NCBI GenBank assembly: GCA_963841735.1 | Contig: CAWJDT010000001.1 | Span: 416,001 to 480,000 of the forward strand | Origin: an uncultured Actinomycetes bacterium | Lineage (GTDB): Bacteria; Actinomycetota; Thermoleophilia; RBG-16-64-13 | DNA: 64,000 nt | Direction of reading: 5' to 3' | In this document: one piece after another, positions 19,150 through 26,951 of the stretch | How positions within the stretch are numbered: the stretch's first letter is position 1 | Layout of the letters: the number at the start of each line of letters is the position of its first letter | Notes under the pieces: model-generated | Told to the model about the DNA's origin: nothing | The model's input: only the letters and a program-made list of their open reading frames with translations | The model's database searches: none | Translations under genes and position numbers: made by a program

Positions 19150-19650
19150 GCTCGACTCGTGGTCGATCATCAGTTCCGCGAGCTTCTGGCCGTCGATGAG
19201 GGCGATCTTGTTGTCGATCTTGCCGACGTAGTCGCGCGCTTCGGCCGAGAAGCACGAGGTGGTGATCATGATCCCCTTCTTGGAGCTGGTTTCAGAACGA
19301 AGCCTTCGCCACCCGGCGACATACGGCCGCCGAGTCCGCGCTCAGCGGAGGGATCCGTCGTCCTCGGTCGCGCCCGTAGCGCCGCTACGAACGCTCCCTG
19401 CGTCCTTGGCCCTCTCGCGCCGATCGCATCCTGATGGCGGGGCGTCATTCTGAAACGAGTTCTTGGCCCGGATGTAGATGATGTCCGGCCCCTGGCGATC
19501 CTTGTTGATGATGCCGTCGATATCTTCATCGCCGCTGCGCCCGATGGCCCGGCCCGCGTCCTGGCGGCTGCCTCCGTAGCCCATCTTGAGCAGCAACTCC
19601 ACGACGAGTCTCTCGAGCAGGCTGGGCGAGACCGCACTTGCCTGTGCCGA
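19150..19650 (-). pseudogene. mrr: Mrr restriction endonuclease catalytic-domain remnant interrupted by a MITE
   Basis: LERLVVELLLKMGYGGS...GRSGDEDIDGII...IYIRAK / KGIMITTSCFS...IALIDGQKLAELMIDH. Confidence 0.85.
19283..19462. mobile_element. MITE (180 bp), related to the 13841 element, flanked by TTG direct repeat
   Basis: GAGCTGGTTTCAGAA / TTCTGAAACGAGTTC (13/15 IR); shared internal GTCCTC.GTCGCGCC..TAGC.CCGCTA..ACGCTCC.TGCGTCCTTG. Confidence 0.8.
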
Positions 19651-19652
19651 GT

Positions 19653-19826
19653 ACGTCGGGGGTGTCACGTGTCTCCGTTCAAGATCTGGTCCTGTTTGGA
19701 CGGTGTTGTGCGGGGACGCGTGTTGTGAGTCTGTGTCCAGGAGCCAGCCACCTTTCGACCGGCGACGCTGCCGCACCCTTCGCTCCTAGGCTGGTCATAC
19801 TCCACCCTAAGGCGGAGCCGGCGACA
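19653..19826 (+). repeat. Array repeat copy 8 plus extension shared with copy 3
   Basis: ACGTCGGGGGTGTCACGTGTCTCCGTTCAAGATCTGGTCCTGTTTGGACGG... Confidence 0.85.
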
Positions 19827-19850
19827 GGATGCGACAAGTAGGGTATCTTC

Positions 19851-20051
19851 ATGATGAAGGTACGAGACGTGATCAGGCTGCTTTTCGAAGATGGCTGGTT
19901 CCAGGTGAGCCAGTCGGGAAGCCACCGCCAGTTCAAGCACCCAACCAAGGCCGGCCGGGTGACAATCGCCGGCAAGCCGGGACACGAGATCGCACCGGGG
20001 ACGCTGCGCAGCATTGTGAGACAAGCCGGCATCAAGGTAGGACAACCATGA
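19851..20051 (+). CDS. hicA: HicA mRNA interferase toxin
   Basis: DGW...GSHRQFKHP...RVTI...GTLRSI. Confidence 0.9.
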   Translation: MMKVRDVIRLLFEDGWFQVSQSGSHRQFKHPTKAGRVTIAGKPGHEIAPGTLRSIVRQAGIKVGQP

Positions 20052-20275
20052 GAACAGTCGCGATAATCATCGAAAGAGCAGGTCGCAACTACTCTGCCTA
20101 CGCCCCCGAAGTCCCCGGCTGCATAGCCACCGGAGCGTCGGCCAAGGAGGCCGAGGACAATATGCGGAGCGCCCTCGAGCTTCACCTGAAGGGCATGGCA
20201 GAGGACGGCCTCGAAATCGTGTCTGATGACGTCGTGGTACGAAAGGTCACACTGGCAACCAGGTGTAGAGAATGA
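20048..20275 (+). CDS. hicB: HicB antitoxin
   Basis: NYSAYAPEVPGCIATG; ATGA overlap with hicA. Confidence 0.9.
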   Translation: MRTVAIIIERAGRNYSAYAPEVPGCIATGASAKEAEDNMRSALELHLKGMAEDGLEIVSDDVVVRKVTLATRCRE

Positions 20276-20314
20276 CAGATGCCGAGGGTGCATGGCTTGA
20301 CGCACTGATAGCCT

Positions 20315-21380
20315 CGAAGGAAGACGAGCACCTCGAGTTCAAGGAGGCCAAGAACCACTTCGACTTCGAGAAGCTCGTCAAGTACTCGCGGCCCTAGCGA
20401 ACGAGGGTGGTGGCCACACTGTGCTTGGTGTGACGGACGTCCGCCCGCGCAAAGTGGTAGGGACCACCTACTTCAACCCCGTGGAACGCACCACCGCTGG
20501 TCTGGTCCAACGACTCCACCTCAAGATCGAATGCACCGAAGTGGCTCACGCTGGCGGTAGGGTTCTTGTGTTCACTGTGCCCCCACATCCTGTCGGGCTT
20601 CCTATCGAGTACAAGGGAGCCTACTGGATGCGAGGCGGGGAAGAACTAACTCCGATGACGCCCGACCTTCTGTGCCGGATCTTCTCAGAAGCCAGTGTGG
20701 ACTATTCGTCGGAGGTCTGCAGTAGGGCTAGTCTGAAAGACCTCTCTGATACGGCGATTACTACCCTTCGGGTGCGTTGGGCCGCGAGGTGCACCAACCG
20801 GAACATACTGGATGCTTCCAAGGATCAGCTACTGGAGGATTTGGGGCTACTTACGGATGGGGCAGTAACCATCGCAGCTCTCGTACTGTTGGGTAGTCAG
20901 GATGCACTTCGGCGCTACCTCCCACAAGCCGAAGTCGTCTTTGAGTACCGTGCGAGCGAGTCATCACTACCATTCCAGCAACGACGGGAGTATCGCGAGG
21001 ACTTTCTGTCCTTTGGCGAAGACCTATGGGAGACCATAAACCTGCGCAATGAGATCTACCAGTACCAAGAAGGCTTGTTCATGCGCGAGATCCCGACATT
21101 CAACGAGGCCGTCGTTCGTGAGGCTGTGCTTAACGCTATCAGCCATCGCGACTATCGTCTCGCTGAGTCCATCTTTGTACGCCAGTACCCCCGCAAGCTC
21201 GAGATTGTGAGTCCAGGCGGATTTCCTCCGGGAATCGAAACGTTCGAACATCCTATGGCGCCAGTCTCCCCGCAACCGGAGGATTGCCGAAGTGCTTGCC
21301 AAATGCGGCCTCGTGGAACGGTCCGGACAAGGCGCGGACCGGATGTTCGAGGAGTGCGCGAAGGAGAGCAAACCATTCCC
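20315..21380 (+). pseudogene. Schlafen/AlbA_2 + HATPase_c_4 protein, frameshifted and 3'-truncated
   Basis: EDEHLEFKEAK...ALANEGGG...LGVTD; REAVLNAISHRDY; SPGGF; ERSGQGAD. Confidence 0.8.
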
Positions 21381-21570
21381 AAGAATCCGCGTAAAGAATC
21401 AGCGCCCCGATGGGGTACCCCCGGACCAATGAGGCGACCAACTGCATCTTCTGGTCATCTGACCATACCGGCGTGCGCTGGAACCTGGGAATCTCCACGA
21501 TGAACTCGCCGGCGTGGTTACGCGCATCCACCAGTTCTCGAACCTCATGCGTGCGCTGCTGTGTGCCCAA
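21380..21570 (-). pseudogene. DUF262 (ParB/GmrS-like) N-terminal remnant
   Basis: IPRFQRTPVW...SLVRGYPIGALIL. Confidence 0.75.
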
Positions 21571-21762
21571 GTCAGAACCCCTTCACTCAAATGCGTCCCG
21601 AAGCCACTCGACTCACGCTAGCACACAGGGGGGACGGCATCCGTTGGGCGGCCCGAGTTCGGCTCGAAGACGTTGCCCAAGTCGAAGCTCAAGCAGCCGC
21701 ACCCGTGCCTTCCTTCTCGTACCACGCCTGGTCAGGCTGTCTTGAGAGTGCAGTTCGGTGAC

Positions 21763-21816
21763 GATGCCACACTTCACGCGTTTCTCGAAGGCGGTGTAGG
21801 TCTGCTCGGGGGTAAG
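21763..21816 (-). pseudogene. Short flxA remnant (TPEQTYTAFEKRVKCGI)
   Basis: Aligns to flxA TPEQTYTTLEKRMKCGI at ~26145-26198. Confidence 0.8.
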
Positions 21817-23554
21817 GTAGTCCAACGCCCTTGATAGTCGGGGCCGTCTGACTTCGGCTTGGTACGCGGCTCATCAATCTGAATCGTCAGCGGAATTGGG
21901 AAGTCGGCACCGATGATTGCTGCTTCTCCGGGCCGCAGATTGGGTAGAAATGCGGAGGCCGCACGATCAATCTCCCCGCAGGCGCGCTCCACCACTTCGC
22001 GGTCGCTGTCGTTGGTCAGCCGATGCACAATCAGTGTGCCCATTTGGCTGAGCACCCCCTCTGTGATATCACGAGGGCGTTGGCTCGCAAGACAGATATT
22101 TAGACCGTACTTGCGGCCTTCTTTGGCGATCAACTCGAAAGCATCCAGCTTGGCCGCGTAGTCCTCGGCCCCAATTTGTCGGCCCAGGAAGTTGTGGGCC
22201 TCGTCTACCATGACGAGCGTCGGTCGGTCTCGAAACGTACCCGCCCTCGCTTTTGTCAGCAGGTGACGGCCAATGACATTCGCGATGATCTCGCGCGCAT
22301 GATACTCATAACCGATGCCCCCCATGCAAATCCGCAGAAGCCTCACGTCTCGGGCAACGAACTCGTCGATTAGGGAGGCTCACCCGGCGCTCGATCAGCA
22401 TCGAAGACACACTCAAATGCCGGAGATGTCAGGACTGCGTTGATACGCGAGAATAGCCGCGAGACAGTTCGCATAGCTTCCGTCGTCAGGTCCGCCCCAT
22501 CTTGTCGAATCCGGCGCCCTCGAATTCCCCCCATTCGGCCACACGCATTCCTGCTCGATCTGGGCCACCAAGTGGCAGACATCAAATGGCTGTCGCGGGT
22601 CGTCAAGCAGCGACGAAACCTCCGGGGCCAGCTCAGCATCCAAAACCGGCTGCTTGAGTTGATCGTGCTTGCGAATCTTCCCGTCGGGTGCAAGATCGGG
22701 CCGAATCGTTGCTAGTCGCAAGCTCCTCATGGCCGCCCGCAACTTCGGCCCCTGCACCTTCCCAGCAGGCTCAAACAGCGCCACGAAGTCCGATTCCAAG
22801 AAGCTCGTCGGCGGGAGGGAACACGCCACCGAACTCTGACCCTTTTCGAACGGCTCGCCCAGATGACAGTGGGAAATCCCATCACCGTCGAACTTTCTGT
22901 ACTCCCCGGTGGCGTCAATCAGAATAAGTTTCGCCTTGTGCCTGATGCATTCCTCGATGATTCGCGCCATGGTCCAACTCTTACCGCCCCCTGTCGTCCC
23001 CAGAATCGCGCAGTGACGTCCGAACAGGCGCTCTGGCTTCACGGAGACGAGACTTTCGTGGGCAGCGTCAATCGCCCCAGATTCAGAGTGACTGGTTCGT
23101 CGCCAACTCCCTCTGGCTCCATCAGTCTAGGCAATAGCGCGATGAATCGATGAGGCGCTGCGTAGATGCGATCCCCGAGACGCGGGTAGGCATCAACGCC
23201 CGGGGTGACCAGCAGGTCATCCATACGAATTGAACCGAGAAGCTGGACTTGTCCCAGTGCGTCCAAATCGCTGCTGCCAACGAAATCGCGCCCGACAGAG
23301 CGGCGCTCCGGTTCGTGAAGACGAATCTCCTTGATACGGCCCAGGAGCACGCTGCGCTGTCCTTCTATCAAAACGAATTCGCCGACCTCGCCACGCCCAT
23401 ATCGCCCGCCAGCGAAATGGGCACCGCTGGGCTGACCAGCCTCGCTTAGGTTGACGCCTACCGTCCATGCGGTCACCGAACACGCGACACCGAGGAACAG
23501 TTCAGGACGAAGAAGCCCCTTGGGAAAGGCTTGGTCAATGTCGAGCTTGCTCAC
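21774..23554 (-). CDS. HerA/DUF87 helicase-ATPase (split by frameshifts)
   Basis: HAS barrel; RHCAILGTTGGGKS; DATGEY; VDEAHNF; IAKEGRKYG; SQRP; HRL.N..D. Confidence 0.88.
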
Positions 23555-24738
23555 GGTTCCCTCGCCACGCTTCTGATTGCTTGCACAAGAGCGTCCGCGG
23601 GCGTCAGCGACTTCAAATCAGGGAGCATCGGGGCAAAATCCTCGAATGACGCTTCTACAAACCAAACGTCCTCGCCGCGCGCGCCAAGTTCGAAAAGGCG
23701 CTTCCAGTACCGATTGCCGTTGGTCTCGTTGGCCCTCGCCTGAGGATCCACCACGACAAGTCGCAAGTGCGGATTTGACTCCACCGCGGCCAACAGCGGT
23801 TCGGCCAGATGATTGTCATTAAAGCCGAAGCCGAGAGCGAGGAGACAGGTGCTCGGTTCGCGAACCGCGGCGAGGTATTGCGCCATTGCCTCGAGATGGG
23901 GCTGAACGAAGCTCTGCTGATATTTCCCGATTGCCGGATAGATCAGGCAGGCCTCCGCAGGTGTTGGTCTTTGTTCCTCGTAGATCGTTCCGTCATCACG
24001 CCTTGCCCAGTTGACCGATCCATGTAGCTTGTACAGTATGAACACCCCCTCAAGGTAGTGCCCAAGATCATCACTGGTGCGCGGCCGTCGGATAATGTCG
24101 TAGGTGAAGAAGCGCGGATCGTAGCGGCGAGGAGCGGCGAAAGAGAATCCGTCCAGCGCAACCCCGCCCAACTCAGCGGCGGCGCGTTCAAAGCACAGGT
24201 CATAGTTCGTGGTGAACACCCGCAGACGCTGATCTCGGACCCGGCGACGGGAGAGCCGGTGAAGAAGGGTCTTGTGAGTCCCAAGGAGAGTTGGGTCAAG
24301 AAACGCCGTGCACTCATCGAGAATCACCTGCTTGCTTGACTCGAGGAACTTGCTGACCACCGAATCCTGCTTGACCTGTAGGAAGGCTTCAACCTTGGAC
24401 AGAAAGAGTTCGATGTCGTGATTCGTAAGATCATGGTTGACCTTCTCAGCCACCGCTTTCGCGCTCGCTGTCGCCGCTTCACCGACTGCGCCATTCCACA
24501 AATCCATCATTGAGGGACCACCGGCAGCGCGCGAACACCCACACCCGGCGAGGACGACAAGGTTCCGCATCTGCACGGAAGCGAGGAGCACATTCTTTAT
24601 GTCATCTTGGGCCCGGCGGACCTCATCGCGCGCATTGTCGTTGGCGTCAGGAACCTTCAATCCACGCCAATGGTCGGTGCCTGGTGCTCGAAATGCGGGC
24701 TGTTCTGGCCCCTGTTCTGCTGCCGACATGTTCCCCAA
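23551..24738 (-). CDS. SIR2-family protein (SIR2-HerA defence pair)
   Basis: LAGCGCS, FTTNYD, YKLHGS, GFGFNDNH. Confidence 0.9.
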   Translation of the reverse strand: MGNMSAAEQGPEQPAFRAPGTDHWRGLKVPDANDNARDEVRRAQDDIKNVLLASVQMRNLVVLAGCGCSRAAGGPSMMDLWNGAVGEAATASAKAVAEKVNHDLTNHDIELFLSKVEAFLQVKQDSVVSKFLESSKQVILDECTAFLDPTLLGTHKTLLHRLSRRRVRDQRLRVFTTNYDLCFERAAAELGGVALDGFSFAAPRRYDPRFFTYDIIRRPRTSDDLGHYLEGVFILYKLHGSVNWARRDDGTIYEEQRPTPAEACLIYPAIGKYQQSFVQPHLEAMAQYLAAVREPSTCLLALGFGFNDNHLAEPLLAAVESNPHLRLVVVDPQARANETNGNRYWKRLFELGARGEDVWFVEASFEDFAPMLPDLKSLTPADALVQAIRSVAREP

Positions 24739-24908
24739 CTCCTATTTCCGCTTCCTACACCCCCCGGGACTTGCGTGGACCATCGTCGCAAACCCGGCTC
24801 GAGCACAACGGGCCAATCCCAAACGTGAGCGGCTTACGTGCATCGCAGCAACCATGCGGCAGAGCGGATTGCTCCATGAGCTTGTTCGACATCAGCGGGT
24901 GGGGTGAG

Positions 24909-25691
24909 CTATGTGCCATCTTGAGCGAGAATGTCGTCCTCTTGGTCTGCGTCAATGACGTCCTCGACTTGGCCAGTCTTGAGTTGGATTTGTGCCTGAT
25001 GAAGCGAGTTCGCGTAGTACTCTTCTGCGGCCTTCCATGATCGGAAGATGCGACATCTAATCTTTGACACGAAGATCTGCGGTTCCAGGGCGAGGAACAG
25101 ACCCGTGGTACTGGCAATGCTATCGAAAATCCGTCGTCGGAGTGGGTGATCGTGGGGAAGAAGGCCAGGATTGAAATTGTCAAACACGAAGTTCCTAATC
25201 GACTCTTTCACTCCCCGCCAAATGCACGCTTCCACCTCAACCGTCTTCTTTGTAGCCCTCTTGTCATACTGCAGGGGTGGACCAGCAGCGTTCATTTCCT
25301 TGAGCAGAGCTTTGGAGCCTTCGAAGAAGAGTGATTCCGAAATCAGCACCACGTCAACGTCAGATGTCTCCGCGAATGGCTGACCGAACTTGTGCGCAGA
25401 CGGGCTGAATCCCAGCCGAGCGCTGCCCACAATGCACACGTCTTGCGAACCCAAGCCAAACTCAGAGGCGACCTGTTCCTTGAAGATGATGTACTTCATG
25501 GGACTGCTGTGAAACACGAATGGAGTTCCGTCGAGAAGAAAGACCCGCGCGAGGATTTGATGATGATCCAAGCCGACTACCAGAGAGCGGAAGACCTCGG
25601 CTTCGGGAATCCCCCCGGCCTTAATGGCACTGAGGAGTTTCGCTTCCTCACCTTGCTTGTGACCGCCCTCAGCTGCCATCGCCACCCTCAA
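24909..25691 (-). CDS. Hypothetical protein with Pol-beta-like nucleotidyltransferase motif
   Basis: IVGSARLGFS...SDVDVVL. Confidence 0.65.
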   Translation of the reverse strand: MRVAMAAEGGHKQGEEAKLLSAIKAGGIPEAEVFRSLVVGLDHHQILARVFLLDGTPFVFHSSPMKYIIFKEQVASEFGLGSQDVCIVGSARLGFSPSAHKFGQPFAETSDVDVVLISESLFFEGSKALLKEMNAAGPPLQYDKRATKKTVEVEACIWRGVKESIRNFVFDNFNPGLLPHDHPLRRRIFDSIASTTGLFLALEPQIFVSKIRCRIFRSWKAAEEYYANSLHQAQIQLKTGQVEDVIDADQEDDILAQDGT

Positions 25692-25872
25692 TTGCCATCG
25701 CCATCGCCTCCACCGTCGGCCAAATAGTGGCCATCAGCCCTGCGCGAGCCAACCGGGGCAACACTTGGCGCCTACACACCACCCGTCCCGAGTCTCATGG
25801 TGCCCCCCTCCAGCGTGACCGAAGCGTGGCGCGGGAACTGGGAACACTCACCGCAGTTTCATGACTATACAG

Positions 25873-25901
25873 ACTGTATCTGTCGCTCCACGGCGCGTCA
25901 A
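25873..25901 (-). promoter_or_regulatory. Candidate sigma70 promoter reading into the array
   Basis: TTGACG-N17-TACAGT, overlapping palindrome ATACAG-A-CTGTAT. Confidence 0.4.
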
Positions 25902-25934
25902 GCCGCTACGTAGACCCTACCTCTCAAAGAATGA

Positions 25935-25956
25935 GGGGGCGCCTTTCGGCGCCCCC
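25935..25956 (-). terminator. Intrinsic terminator after the hdr-flx operon
   Basis: GGGGGCGCC-GAAA-GGCGCCCCC followed by TCATTCTTT. Confidence 0.75.
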
Positions 25957-26045
25957 AAAGGAAACGAACAAGGATTTGACCAGAGCCCGGCGGTTGAACG
26001 TCGACTCCGGGCGTCGCACCAAGAGGCGGGTGTACCTGGCCGCCC

Positions 26046-26951
26046 CTACAACTCGTCCGGCAACCCCTTCAACTCCGCCAGCGAGAACACCGGCCCGTCC
26101 ACACAAACGTACTTGGGCCCCACGTTGCACCGCCCGCAGATCCCAATCCCGCACTTCATGCGTTTTTCGAGGGTGGTGTAGGTCTGCTCAGGCGTGAATC
26201 CCAGCTTCCCGAAGCTGATGAGGGCGTACTTGATCATGATGGGTGGGCCGCAGGTGATGGCTATCGTGTTCTCGGGCTTCGGAGCCATGCGCTCCAGCAC
26301 CGTCGGCACCATGCCCACGTCGCACTGCCATCCGTCGCACTCGCGGTCGATGGTGAGCACCAGCTCGATGTCCTTGCGCTTCTGCCACTCCTCCACGTCA
26401 TACCAGTAGGTGAAGTTGGTGGGGTGTGTCGCGCCGTAGAGGATGGAGATGCCGGCGTAGTCGGCGCGGTGCTCCAGGGTGTATTCGATGGTGGCCTTAA
26501 GAGCCGCCGAGCCGATGCCGCCCAGGACGTAGAGGATCCTCTTGCCCTTCCAGGCCTCCACCGGGAAGCCGCAGCCCATGGGGGCGCGGATGCCCACCTT
26601 GTCGCCCTCGGAAAGGTTGTGCAGGGCCTTGGTGACCTCGCCGGCCTTCATCACCGAGAACTGGATGAACTCCTTCTCGCTCGGCTTGGAGCTGATGGCG
26701 AAGGTCGACTCGCCTATGCCGAAGATGCCCAGCTGGCCCACCTGGCCGGGGGCGAAGGTGAACTTCTCCTGCACCGCCGGATCGTCGAAGCGCATGCGGA
26801 AGGTCTTGATGGTCGGGGTCTCCTCGATGATCTTGACCACCGTGGCGATCTCGGGCAGGTAGGAGTTGCCGGCCAGCTTGCCGGCGCGAGCGGTCGTCGC
26901 CCCAGGGGTCACGTCGCCGATGGTGAGGCGGGTCTTGCCGTTGGCGGCCAT
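26046..26951 (-). CDS. flxA: FAD/NAD(P)-binding oxidoreductase subunit FlxA (AsrB/HydG-like)
   Basis: GGIG, CGPPIMI, MKCGIGICGRC...CVDGPVF. Confidence 0.85.
   Translation of the reverse strand: MAANGKTRLTIGDVTPGATTARAGKLAGNSYLPEIATVVKIIEETPTIKTFRMRFDDPAVQEKFTFAPGQVGQLGIFGIGESTFAISSKPSEKEFIQFSVMKAGEVTKALHNLSEGDKVGIRAPMGCGFPVEAWKGKRILYVLGGIGSAALKATIEYTLEHRADYAGISILYGATHPTNFTYWYDVEEWQKRKDIELVLTIDRECDGWQCDVGMVPTVLERMAPKPENTIAITCGPPIMIKYALISFGKLGFTPEQTYTTLEKRMKCGIGICGRCNVGPKYVCVDGPVFSLAELKGLPDEL

Noticed and set aside
1862-19826. Classical integron (attC) interpretation of the array repeats
   Set aside because: No intI, no RYYYAAC/GTTRRRY ends or bottom-strand hairpin evident, and cargo occurs on both strands.
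25957-26040. Possible tRNA or ncRNA fragment (GGTCAAATCC, GC stem) after flxA
   Set aside because: No cloverleaf or recognisable RNA family; an Rfam search would be needed.
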